Shown one piece after another: positions 8,924 through 19,300 of a DNA stretch of 64,000 bases. Both the position numbers and the translations under genes were made by a program. The stretch is from the IMG/VR virus record IMGVR_UViG_3300012988_000001, positions 186,001 through 250,000 of that record; one strand, 5' to 3'. A model generated the notes under the pieces. The model was not told the origin of the DNA, did not search any database, and was given only the letters and a program-made list of their open reading frames with translations. The stretch's first letter is position 1, and each line of letters begins with the position of its first letter.

Positions 8924-9547
8924 ATGAGTATGATACGTGAGTGGTCTTCATTCAATGATTCTAAAATTGTACTAGAACACCGTGATAACCCGTTTGGTGG
9001 TAAAGATTGTTACCTTCGTGGTATTTCAATCCAAGCTGACCAACGTAATAAAAACGAACGCATCTACCCATTTGCAGAAATTGCACATGCGGTAGAGAAT
9101 ATGAATCAACGCTTAATGAGTGGTGAGAGCATTCTTTGTGAATGTGATCACCCTGAAACCTTAACCATTAACTTAGACCGTGTAGCAGCAATGATTACTA
9201 AAGTCTGGATGGAAGGTAAAAACGGTATGGCTGAAATCAAGCTACTACCAACATCTCATGGCGAGAATATTCGCAAGATGATCGAAAGCGGTGTGAAATT
9301 AGGTGTTAGTTCTCGTGGTTCAGGTAACGTTGATCATAATGGCATTGTTTCTGATTTTGAAATCGTAACTATTGACATTGTAGCACAACCAAGTGCTCCA
9401 GATGCGTATCCTACTGCGGTATTTGAATCTCTTATGAGTAAGTACGGTTCACCTCTTAGTGGAAGTAAAAAAGCAATAGTGGAATCTAAATCATCAAATG
9501 GTGTAGAAAACGAAATTCACGCTTTTTTTAAGAAATTAAAAGGCTAA
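8924..9547 (+). CDS. prohead protease (T4 gp21-like)
   Basis: N+NERIYP, CECDHP, LGVSSRGSG, DIVAQPSAPDA. Confidence 0.95.
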   Translation: MSMIREWSSFNDSKIVLEHRDNPFGGKDCYLRGISIQADQRNKNERIYPFAEIAHAVENMNQRLMSGESILCECDHPETLTINLDRVAAMITKVWMEGKNGMAEIKLLPTSHGENIRKMIESGVKLGVSSRGSGNVDHNGIVSDFEIVTIDIVAQPSAPDAYPTAVFESLMSKYGSPLSGSKKAIVESKSSNGVENEIHAFFKKLKG

Positions 9548-9558
9548 CAAAAAAAATT

Positions 9559-9566
9559 TATAAATA
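9559..9566 (+). promoter_or_regulatory. T4-like late promoter
   Basis: TATAAATA. Confidence 0.7.
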
Positions 9567-9614
9567 TTTGTACATCAAAAGTGCAAATATTAATGTACTT
9601 TACAGGAGAATATA

Positions 9615-10733
9615 ATGTCTAAATTAGATAAGTTTCTAAATGAATCATCTCTTTCTGATGAAGCGAAACAGCTAATTCAGGAAGCATGGAATGAAGAAAA
9701 ACAAGCAGTCGCTGCTGAAATGCGTGAGGAAATGAAAGGTCGTTATCAAGAAGACCTAGCAAAACTCACAGAAGGGCTAGATAAAATGGTTACTCAAGTA
9801 ATTTCGGAAGAAATGAACGCAGTATATGACGAAAAAGCAAAACTCGTTGAAGACCGTGTTACTCTACGTAAAACCCTTGGCAACTTCGGTGCATTCGCTA
9901 ACGGCGTTCTAGCAGAAGAAGTTAAACAAATGCGTAATGAGCGTAAGCTCGTTAAAGAAAGTCTAGATAAATTCGCAGGGTTCTCTAACCGTATCCTAGC
10001 AGAAGAACTAAAAGACTTCCACCAAGAAAAACGTCAACTAGTTGAAACCCGCGTTAAACTAATTGCACAAGGTGCTCAACAAATTAATGAAGCTAAACAG
10101 CGTGTCATTAATCGTATCACTGAAACTTCCGCTCAATATATTGCTGAGACAACTCACAATAACCTAAAAGAGCTAAAGACAGAACTACGTGAAGCCCGTC
10201 AGAATATGTTTGGTCGTAAAATTTTCGAAGCCTTTGCTAACGAATTCTATAACAACCAATACAAAGAGAACTCAATCCTACGTTCTCTAAATGAATCTAT
10301 TAAACAGAAAGAATCTGAAGTAATTAGCATGAAAATGAAACTTCAAGAATCCGAAACTAAAGTAGAAGAAGCAAATACCAAAATGCGTATCATGGAAGAT
10401 ACACAAGCTCGTACTGCTATTATCTCCGAACTAGTTAAACCTCTTACTGTTCAACAGAAGCAAATCATGGAATCTCTACTTCAAGCTACCCCAACGGATA
10501 AACTTGACGCTGATTTCAGAAAGTACCATAAGTCAGTACTTAAAGGTACTATCAATGAGTCTGCTGCTAAAACCAGCCGCCCGGCAGTTAATACACAGGC
10601 AAAAAATACACTCACTGAAGGTAAAGTCGTAACTGGCAACCGTGATGGTATTCTTAAAGAAAGTGAACTCGATTCCGACGACCTAGATTTCCTAAAATCA
10701 CTAGAACGGAACGCAGGAATCCACAAAAAATAA
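9615..10733 (+). CDS. prohead core scaffold (T4 gp22-like)
   Basis: Long coiled coil between protease and capsid genes; FGRKIFEAF motif. Confidence 0.8.
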   Translation: MSKLDKFLNESSLSDEAKQLIQEAWNEEKQAVAAEMREEMKGRYQEDLAKLTEGLDKMVTQVISEEMNAVYDEKAKLVEDRVTLRKTLGNFGAFANGVLAEEVKQMRNERKLVKESLDKFAGFSNRILAEELKDFHQEKRQLVETRVKLIAQGAQQINEAKQRVINRITETSAQYIAETTHNNLKELKTELREARQNMFGRKIFEAFANEFYNNQYKENSILRSLNESIKQKESEVISMKMKLQESETKVEEANTKMRIMEDTQARTAIISELVKPLTVQQKQIMESLLQATPTDKLDADFRKYHKSVLKGTINESAAKTSRPAVNTQAKNTLTEGKVVTGNRDGILKESELDSDDLDFLKSLERNAGIHKK

Positions 10734-10761
10734 ACATTTTTAATAAGCAATTTTTTTCAGT

Positions 10762-10769
10762 GATAAATA
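10762..10769 (+). promoter_or_regulatory. T4-like late promoter
   Basis: GATAAATA upstream of capsid gene. Confidence 0.65.
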
Positions 10770-10813
10770 ATAACATACTGAAAAACGAAAAAACATCTTG
10801 AAGGAGATATATA

Positions 10814-11989
10814 ATGTCACAACTATTAACTGAATCTAAATGGGCTGCGGTTAAAGAGAAACTTGTTGAAGGTCTAAAAGACAATCGCAAAACCGTTATG
10901 GAAGCTGTTCTAGAAAACCACCGCAAAGTAATGCTACGTGAAAGTGCTTCACAAGGTGCTACCTCTGCTGGTAACATCGCAACGCTAAACAAGGTAATCC
11001 TACCTATTATGCGTCGTGTAATGCCTACCGTTATCGCTAACGAAATCATCGGTGTTCAACCTATGACTGGCCCTGTTGGTCAAATCCACACTCTACGTGT
11101 TCAATATGCTGACAACGCACCGGGCGTAATCGCTGGTGAAGAAGCACTATCACCGTACAAAATCGCAAAATCTTATACTGGTGAAGTAAACTCTGATAAC
11201 GATAATCCACGTGCTGCACCTACTAGCCAACTAGAAGGTACTATGGGTCGTCGCGTCAACATCCGTATCCTACGTGAAACCGTTGAAGCGAAATCTCGTC
11301 GTCTATCTGCTCGCTGGACCGTTGAATCTGCACAAGACGCTCAATCCCAACACGGTATCGACGTTGAAGCAGAACTAATGGCTGCTATCGCACAAGAAGT
11401 TACTACTGAAATCGACCAAGAACTACTTCACAAACTACGTGCTCTACCGGGTGCTGCTGCTGTAACTTATGACCAATCTAAAGTTACTGGTGTTGCTACC
11501 TTCGTTGGTGACGAACACGCCGCTCTAGCTACCCTAATTAACCGTCAAGCAAACGAAGTTGCTCGTCGTACCAAACGTGGTGCTGCTAACTGGGCTGTTG
11601 TTTCCCCAACTGCACTAACCATTCTTCAATCTGCTACTACTTCTAGCTTCGCTCGTACTACTGAAGGTACTTTCGATGCACCAACTAACGTTAAATTTGT
11701 TGGCGTACTAAACAGTACTATGAAGATCTACGTAGACACCTATGCTGATGATAGCACAGATGTATTGATCGGTTACAAAGGTAACGCAGAAACTGATGCT
11801 GGTGTATTCTATTGCCCATACATCCCACTAATGGCGTCTGGTACTGTAATGGACCCTAACACTGGGGAACTCGTTACAACGTTTCTTACAAGATATGGCT
11901 ACGTTCAACTTACCGATAGTACTTCATCTCTTGGTAACGCTGCTGACTACTTCAGCAAAATTGCAATCCGCAACGTAACCTTCATGTAA
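10814..11989 (+). CDS. major capsid protein (T4 gp23-like)
   Basis: RRVMPTVIANEIIGVQPMTGPVGQI, VEAKSRRLSARWT, YCPYIPL, TRYG; strong codon bias. Confidence 0.97.
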   Translation: MSQLLTESKWAAVKEKLVEGLKDNRKTVMEAVLENHRKVMLRESASQGATSAGNIATLNKVILPIMRRVMPTVIANEIIGVQPMTGPVGQIHTLRVQYADNAPGVIAGEEALSPYKIAKSYTGEVNSDNDNPRAAPTSQLEGTMGRRVNIRILRETVEAKSRRLSARWTVESAQDAQSQHGIDVEAELMAAIAQEVTTEIDQELLHKLRALPGAAAVTYDQSKVTGVATFVGDEHAALATLINRQANEVARRTKRGAANWAVVSPTALTILQSATTSSFARTTEGTFDAPTNVKFVGVLNSTMKIYVDTYADDSTDVLIGYKGNAETDAGVFYCPYIPLMASGTVMDPNTGELVTTFLTRYGYVQLTDSTSSLGNAADYFSKIAIRNVTFM

Positions 11990-12034
11990 TTGAAGTTGAA
12001 CTAAGTTAGATTCAAAAATTTAATAAAAACATTT

Positions 12035-12064
12035 AAGGGACTCTTGACGAGTCCCTTTTCTTTT
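12035..12064 (+). terminator. intrinsic terminator after capsid gene
   Basis: AAGGGACTC-ttgac-GAGTCCCTTTT. Confidence 0.85.
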
Positions 12065-12072
12065 GCTATAAT
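12044..12072 (+). promoter_or_regulatory. sigma70-type promoter
   Basis: TTGACG-17nt-TATAAT with extended -10 TG. Confidence 0.75.
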
Positions 12073-12099
12073 TTTATTATTATTGACGAGGAAACCAAA

Positions 12100-13011
12100 A
12101 TGAATGCCAATGAACACAATTTTATTAATCGCGTCAACGCAAAGTATGGTGAAGGTAAGTACTCATTTGACAAAATGACATACATCAACGCACACACCAA
12201 AGTAGAACTGTTTTGTGCGAATGGAAACCATTACTTCACAATCGCTCCGATGCATATGGTATCAAAAAGTTCCAAAGGCTGCAATATTTGTCAGAAAAAC
12301 ACACCATACAGTACTGAAGAATTTGTAGCAAAAATATCAAAAATGCATCCGACGCTAACCTTTGAAAAAACCGTTTACAAAAAACAGAGGGAAGGAAATG
12401 TGATTGTAACGTGCCATGCAGATCCTGATAATGTTCACGATTGGGAAGTTGCCGCCCAAACACTACTTAAGGGTAACATATCATGTGGAATATGCACAGG
12501 CCGCAAACGCCGCACAAAAAATCAATTCATTTCTGAAGCCAAAAAGATTCATGGTAATAAGTATGATTACTCTAAAGTTGACTATGCAAATAGTGAAACC
12601 TATGTGACTATTACTTGCCCCGATGATGGTGATTTTCGCCAGCAACCAAAGGCACATATTTCAGGTCGTGGTTGTCCAAAATGTGGTAAGTATGGCTATC
12701 AGCCAAGTAAACCGGGATATTTCTACGTACAGAAATTGGTATCTGCTGATAAAGTACTGTACAAGTACGGAATTACTGGTGATATGGATCGTAGGATTAC
12801 AGAACAATCACGAAATTCGGTTTTCAAACACACTATTTTAGTAGAAAGGTACTTTGAAGATGGTAAAAAGCCTTTAGTACTTGAAAAGTTCCTAAAAACA
12901 TACATTGAAAGTGGCATTGCTACACCAGATGAGTTACAATCTGGATTTACAGAGACATTTGACGAGAAATACTTGTCATTAGTTTTAGAAATCGTAAATA
13001 ATTTCAAATAG
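12100..13011 (+). mobile_element. free-standing homing endonuclease (Zn-ribbon repeats plus GIY-YIG-like domain)
   Basis: Three repeats of type YDYSKVDY...ITCP...H..G.GCPKC; C-terminal FYV...YKYGIT..MDRR. Confidence 0.8.
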
Positions 13012-13036
13012 CCCCTATAAAGAGGATAAAAAGAAT

Positions 13037-13441
13037 ATGAGAGTCAAGGATGACATGATAGTAACGGTATACAAGTTTCCTAATCAGGGATTTTACCCTA
13101 ATATAGAGGGTGGATTTGACATGTATATTGATATGTACACAGAAGTTGCGTTTTGTGAGGCATTACAGCAGTTATATGTTAGTATAGAAGCTGTGAAGTA
13201 CTTAAAAGCTCAATATGTAGCTGACATTCTCAAAGTTGAGAGTGAAGAAATGCTTTACAAGGACTACGTTCAGATGTATAAAGATAAGTTGAACGCAAAA
13301 TACCCGGATGCACCAGTACTGGCGACCATTGAGTTGGATGCATCTGGAAGACCCAAGCCCCCAACACCAGATTATTTGAAACCACAGGATGGTTTTCAAA
13401 AATTGCGTGATGCAGGGTTAAATTTCAGTATTTCGAGATGA
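13037..13441 (+). CDS. hypothetical protein
   Basis: 134 aa ORF with GAGG SD. Confidence 0.6.
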   Translation: MRVKDDMIVTVYKFPNQGFYPNIEGGFDMYIDMYTEVAFCEALQQLYVSIEAVKYLKAQYVADILKVESEEMLYKDYVQMYKDKLNAKYPDAPVLATIELDASGRPKPPTPDYLKPQDGFQKLRDAGLNFSISR

Positions 13442-13447
13442 TAAATA
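13440..13447 (+). promoter_or_regulatory. T4-like late promoter with RBS-occluding hairpin
   Basis: GATAAATA followed by CCTCC-N7-GGAGG. Confidence 0.65.
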
Positions 13448-13469
13448 CCTCCAATGATAGGAGGAATAT

Positions 13470-13778
13470 ATGTCTCAAATTTGTTATGTAATTACGAATC
13501 CAGCATGGCCTGAATGGGTAAAGATTGGATTCACATCTAAGTCGGAAATGAAAACACGCTTAAGTACTTACCAGACCGGAACACCATTCCGTGATTTTGA
13601 AGTATACCATGAAGTACACTTTGATGATGCGAAAGAAGCTGAAAAAGAAGTACATAAGAGATTGAAGCAAATGAATGCTTCAAGGAGTCCCGGTACTGAA
13701 TGGTTTAAGATGCCTAAGAAATTAGCTGCTAACATGATTGATGGAGTAGCAGACGACTTGGATAATGGACTTCTATAA
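13470..13778 (+). CDS. T5orf172 / GIY-YIG family protein
   Basis: CYVITNPAWPEWVKIGFT..RLSTYQTGTP..AEKEVH. Confidence 0.85.
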   Translation: MSQICYVITNPAWPEWVKIGFTSKSEMKTRLSTYQTGTPFRDFEVYHEVHFDDAKEAEKEVHKRLKQMNASRSPGTEWFKMPKKLAANMIDGVADDLDNGLL

Positions 13779-13784
13779 TAAATA
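13778..13784 (+). promoter_or_regulatory. T4-like late promoter
   Basis: ATAAATA upstream of tail fibre gene. Confidence 0.55.
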
Positions 13785-13816
13785 TCATTATAGTATACAC
13801 ATAAAAGGATTTATAA

Positions 13817-15400
13817 ATGAGTATTAGTTTTAATCATCCTAAAAATACGATGACTAGTACTGGAACATTGAATTTAACAGTTAGTGGTGGTAACACTACT
13901 TCACCACAGCCTATTAGATTTAATTCCACATCAGTAATTATGCCAGTACGTGCATTACCAGCGGGTGAAGCAGGTGCAATGGTATTTGATACTGGTACTA
14001 GAACCATGAAATATCATGATGGAACAAGTTGGATTGCTATTGAATCATCAGACGTTATTCTTGCACCGATTTATTCACAAATCAACACAATTAATCAAAA
14101 GCTAAATGGTAAAGTAGATACAGTTAGTTATATGTCAGGTGCAGTTCCACAAGCATCGATTAGTGGTACACAACTTAACATTACGTTTCCATTATCAAGT
14201 GGTGGCGGTGGTGGTTCCAACGGACTTTTCACCTCATCAAAACAAGGTGCGATTCAGTACTACTCACTGACTAGTGGTATGAACGCAACTACAATTCGTG
14301 CACAAATGGCTGGTGCAGGTAATAGTCAAACTGGTCGAGCAGGGACACAAGCATCACCGTGGCTCACAAATGATGGCTGGGTTTATGCAGACGGAATGTG
14401 GTGGACATGGCAGGGAGATTCTGGTACAGTAACGATGCAAGTACCAAACTTGAACCGTCAAGCGTATCTAAAACCGATGGATGTATCTGGTATTACCCAA
14501 ACTGCAACTATCATTGCCTCTTCTGGTACAGTATCTGCAACGGCACTAACCATTGATCAATTACCACCACATAGCTTTACTGTTAGTGGACAAACATCAG
14601 TAGGTGGGGAACACTCCCACATTCTACGTTACAACCCAATGGGTTGGAGTGGTACGTCTAACGTTAAAGATGGTACTGGTCGTTATAGTGGTTCTGGTAC
14701 ACATACAACTGATGTTGCTGGTAACCACATTCACACATTCACAGGTACATCCAATACTATTGGTTCTGGAAATAGTCATACACACTCACTTAATAATGTG
14801 GATGTGGCTCACTTCAATGTGGCAGTACTTTATAATATCGCAACACCTTCTTTTGCATTAAACGAAGCAGCGGCTAATGATAAGTATGTATTAAAATCTG
14901 GTGATACTATGACGGGTTCTTTGCAAATTGCAAGTTCGGCTGTTATTGCTGGTAATGATAACAACATTACATTAACTTTCCGTAACTCCGCAAATGCTGA
15001 ACGTGCTATGATATACCATAGTAGTACTAACAATACGTTGAGAATGCGTAGTGCAGGTGGTTCAGAGGTAACAATAACAAATGCTGGACTTCTAACTGCT
15101 CCTAGTTTGGTTGTTACAAATAACTCTGCAACAGTGGGTGGACGAAATGTAGTACGTTCTGTTAATGGTTCAACTGCTGATGCTAGTGGTAACGTAACAA
15201 TAACTGCTGGAATTCAAGATATACGTTTGGGTGTTCAAGTACAAGTTACTACCCGAAATACAGCTATGCTACCAGATGGATATGTTTGTGTTGGTTCTCA
15301 TTCTAACTATAATGATAGCAACTGGGAATTCGATACAATGTATGGCTGTCCTATAGAAAAACAAATTAGTGGTCAATGGTATGTGGTGAATAAAGTATGA
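13817..15400 (+). CDS. tail fibre protein
   Basis: Collar-like WVYADG/VPNL, HxH repeats (GEHSH, GNHIH, SHTH), KSGDTMTG, fibre-tip IQDIRLG...QISGQW. Confidence 0.85.
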   Translation: MSISFNHPKNTMTSTGTLNLTVSGGNTTSPQPIRFNSTSVIMPVRALPAGEAGAMVFDTGTRTMKYHDGTSWIAIESSDVILAPIYSQINTINQKLNGKVDTVSYMSGAVPQASISGTQLNITFPLSSGGGGGSNGLFTSSKQGAIQYYSLTSGMNATTIRAQMAGAGNSQTGRAGTQASPWLTNDGWVYADGMWWTWQGDSGTVTMQVPNLNRQAYLKPMDVSGITQTATIIASSGTVSATALTIDQLPPHSFTVSGQTSVGGEHSHILRYNPMGWSGTSNVKDGTGRYSGSGTHTTDVAGNHIHTFTGTSNTIGSGNSHTHSLNNVDVAHFNVAVLYNIATPSFALNEAAANDKYVLKSGDTMTGSLQIASSAVIAGNDNNITLTFRNSANAERAMIYHSSTNNTLRMRSAGGSEVTITNAGLLTAPSLVVTNNSATVGGRNVVRSVNGSTADASGNVTITAGIQDIRLGVQVQVTTRNTAMLPDGYVCVGSHSNYNDSNWEFDTMYGCPIEKQISGQWYVVNKV

Positions 15401-15924
15401 TAATTTTAAGAGATTTTAAAATATATATACCAACTAGTGAAGATAAATTGGAATTATACAATCGAGGTGTAAAATTTATTGAAAATGAAGTTGGTGATTG
15501 GTATGATGTACGTTATACGTTAACGGAGGGTAAAACTAAGGTTCTTCTTGATGTTGAAACCAAATGTGTAGTAGCACAAACCAATTCTATAAATGGTTTG
15601 TGGCCTATGGGTTTTATTTTAGTAGAAATTGACGATGAATCTGCTGGTGATTTGATTGGATTGGCATTTGATGAAAAAACCAAAACATTCAAAGAATACG
15701 TTCCGTCAGATGATGAAGTACTAGAAACTGCTGAAAGAAAACTAGTTAGTCTACGCAAGTCTGCACAATCGGAACTTGAGTCATTAAAATTGGCTGAAGA
15801 AATCGATAAACTTGATAAAGATGAAAAAGCTAGAATGAAGGTCATCAAAGCGTATCTTGTTGATCTCATGCGTGTGCCTAAACAAGATGGCTATCCACGC
15901 AACATCAACTGGCCTACCTTGTAA
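15397..15924 (+). CDS. tail fibre assembly chaperone (Tfa-like)
   Basis: Overlaps fibre stop; C-terminal YLVDLMRVP...INWP. Confidence 0.8.
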   Translation: MIILRDFKIYIPTSEDKLELYNRGVKFIENEVGDWYDVRYTLTEGKTKVLLDVETKCVVAQTNSINGLWPMGFILVEIDDESAGDLIGLAFDEKTKTFKEYVPSDDEVLETAERKLVSLRKSAQSELESLKLAEEIDKLDKDEKARMKVIKAYLVDLMRVPKQDGYPRNINWPTL

Positions 15925-15928
15925 AAAC

Positions 15929-15959
15929 TTGGGACAGAAAACACTTCATGTGATATAAT
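15929..15959 (+). promoter_or_regulatory. phage TTGGGACA-class promoter
   Basis: TTGGGACA...TGTGATATAAT. Confidence 0.85.
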
Positions 15960-15961
15960 AG

Positions 15962-15998
15962 AAGCACGATGAGCAATGACGCTCTCGTGCTTTTTTTA
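15962..15998 (+). terminator. intrinsic terminator overlapping promoter start site
   Basis: AAGCACGA(T)GAGC-N6-GCTCTCGTGCTT then T-run. Confidence 0.75.
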
Positions 15999-16014
15999 TA
16001 TATGGAGAAACACA

Positions 16015-16314
16015 ATGGCTAAGAAAACTGAAAACAAAGTACAAATTCAAGACCTAAACGACGAACAACGTAAACGTCTTGGCTCTGCACTAAACAACGC
16101 AGTCGTCCAGCTAACCTATATGGAAGATACCAAAGCTGCATACGGTGATTTCATCAATTCCGTGGCTGATGAACTAGGTATTGACGCTAGTACCATCAAA
16201 CAAGCTGCAACTCGTATGCACAAAGGTGATTTCTTCGATAAAGTCCGTAAACAAGACGAAATCGAAACCATCCTTTCAATTACTGGTAACCTACCAGAAG
16301 ATAACGACGAATAA
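16015..16314 (+). CDS. dsDNA-binding protein (T4 DsbA-like)
   Basis: GGAG SD; ELGIDASTIKQAATRMHK resembles DsbA ELGVDGKMFNRLLALYHK. Confidence 0.6.
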   Translation: MAKKTENKVQIQDLNDEQRKRLGSALNNAVVQLTYMEDTKAAYGDFINSVADELGIDASTIKQAATRMHKGDFFDKVRKQDEIETILSITGNLPEDNDE

Positions 16315-16322
16315 TCGTCTAC

Positions 16323-16346
16323 AGCCTCCTAGATTGGGGGCTTTTT
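16323..16346 (+). terminator. intrinsic terminator
   Basis: AGCCTCC-N6-GGGGGCT-TTTT. Confidence 0.7.
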
Positions 16347-16377
16347 AATTGAAGTATGTTTATTATAAGGAAATAAG

Positions 16378-19300
16378 ATGTATATAGATGGATTTATGGA
16401 ACGTAAACGAACTGGTGATATTCTCCACGTAGCAGAACGTATCAACGGTCGTCGTGTCCTACGACAGCTTGACCCTGTATATGAATACTATGTCGAATCA
16501 CCAACCGGAACTTTCAAAACTATTCACGGTACTATGGCAGAACAGAAAACGTTCTCTAATAGTAGAGATTTGAAAAATTCCGTCGAGTTAGATGCAGGTA
16601 GAAGAATTTACGAATCAGATTGTAACGTAACATTCAAAACACTAGCTCGTGAATATATGGGTAAAGGATCACCAGATCTAAATATGGCATTTTTCGATAT
16701 TGAAACCGACTTTCACAAGAAGCTCGGATATGCCCCACCAAGTAACCCATTCAACCGTGTAACTGCAATTTCCATTTATCAAAGTTGGACAGATAAAGAT
16801 TACGTTCTTACTCTTGCTCCAGAAGATATGGATACAGTTGAAGCACAAGATATTATCAACCGTCTTAATGCGGAAACTAACAACCCAAACAGTACTGTAA
16901 TACTTTATACCGAAGAAACAGAAATGTTTAATGACTTCTTCGATCTAATCGATGATGCCGATGTACTTTCTGGTTGGAATAGTGAGTTTTATGATATTCC
17001 ATATATGATAAACCGTACTGCTAAAATCTTCAACGCTGCTACAACCGCTCGTTGGTGTTTGTGGAATAAGAAACCTGTAGCTCGTGAAGCTGATATGTTT
17101 GGTAAGACGATTACTACTTATGACCTAATTGGTCGTGTTCACCTAGATTATCTAGCATTGTATAAGAAACACGCAGGACAAGTAGAACAATCATATAAAC
17201 TAGACTTTATCGGTGAGAAAGTAACTGGTGAAAACAAAGTTGCTTATGAAGGTTCTCTTGACAAATTGTATCGTGAAGATTATGCTACGTTTCTACGTTA
17301 TTCTAAGCAGGATAGCATTCTACTTAAAAAGATTAACGATAAACTAGACTACATCAATCTACACAATCGACTAGCACACAAAGAATGTGTACTAATCAGT
17401 ACTACAATGGGTTCGGTAGCACTAATCGACACCGCAATAATCAACTTGGCACACAGCCGTGGTGAAGTAGTGTTCGATAAGAAACCACAAGAAGATGGGT
17501 TTGAGAGTGATGATCGTTATGATTATCTAATGGAAGACGAAGACGATGGCTCGGACAATGAACCAGTATCAGCTAAAGCAGCAGGTGCATGGGTACAAGA
17601 TCCAGTACTAGGACTAGTAGATTTCCTAGGATGTACTGACTTTAACTCACTATATCCAACGGTACTACGTGCACTTGGTATGAGTACTGAATGTATTCTA
17701 GGTCAAATCCGTCAAGATTATACTGATGCTCACCTTGCAGCACGTGTAGAAGAACAGCGTATTAAATCTAAATCGAAGAAATTCGAGCCAGATTGGACGG
17801 CTGCTTGGCACGGTCTATTTGCGAGTGTAGAATTCACTATGGTTCGTGAAAAATCCCAGAAGATTCTAAACGTAGATTTGGAAGACGGTTCAAGTTTCCA
17901 AGTAACTGGTGAAGAACTTTACAATATCATTTATGCACCTGATAGTACAATTGTACTTTCTGCAAATGGTACAATGTTCGATAAAACCAAATACGGTGTT
18001 ATCCCTGAGATTCTAACGCAGTGGTACTCTGAACGTAAATCACAGCAGAAGATGGTTATTGACTTTAAACACATCTATACTGATGGTTGGGAAATGCCAG
18101 AAGATGCAATTGCACGTATAGAGGCTGCTATGGCCCTCCACAGCCGTTCTGAGCGTATGTATCGCACAAACCTACACGAAGACGATCCAGTTTATTTGAT
18201 TCGTCAGGCGTTGGTACAGGCTGATTATGAGGGTGTTGGGAAGCTAATCACCGAGAATGGTCTATTGTTAGAAGATGGTCGTATCAAATGTACTAAAGAA
18301 GAGAAGTCTTATTGTAAGACACAATCTGCATTCTGGAAACAGAACCAACAGATTCGTAAAATTCTTCTAAACTCATTGTATGGTGCACTACTAAACAAAG
18401 GTTCTCGTTTCTTCGATAAACGTCTAGGTCAATCTGTTACACTAACTGGTCGTTCAATGACTAAACACATGGCATCCCGTATCAACGAGATCTGCACTGG
18501 TGTTTACGATCATGGCGGTGGTGTAGTAATCTATGGTGATACTGACTCCGTGTATTTCAGCGTAGCTCACTACATGAAAGAACAAGGTCTACCATTTGAT
18601 CTTACAAAAGAAGAAGTTGTCGATTTGTATGTTAAAATCGGTGACGAAATGGGTGCAACCTTCCCTGAATTTATGGATGAGACATTCAACACTGGTATTG
18701 AGAATGGTAAAATTGTAGGTGCTGACTTAGAAATGGTAGGCTCTCGTGGTCTATTCTTGAAGAAGAAGCGTTACGCTATTCTAAAGTACTGGGAAGATGG
18801 ATTCCGTAAAGATGAAGGTGATTCACCGGGTGAAATCAAAGCGATGGGCTTGGAAATTAAACGTTCCGATACGCCAAAATACATCCAAGATTTCTTACAA
18901 GAAACTCTTATCGCATTACTAGTTGGCGAACAAGAGGAACAACTACGCAATCGCGTTCGTGCGTTCAAAACTATTTTCAAAGACAAACCAGTACAACAGA
19001 AAGGTCAACCACGTACAGTGAAGAACTATTCGAACCTAGAAGAAGAGTACAAGAAAGTCGGTAAGATTTCTGTATCTCACGTTCTAGCAGCAATTCAATG
19101 GAACAAACTACGTGATATCTATGAAGATCAATCTGTACCAGAAGCAACTGACGGTACTAAAGTTATCGTTTGTAAGTTGAAGCCAAATCCAATGGGAATA
19201 AAAGCTGTCGGCTACCCAATTGATTGTGCTGAGTACTTACCAGAGTGGTTCTTGGATTTACCATTTGATGAAGATGAAATGGAAAAATCGGTCTTGACCA

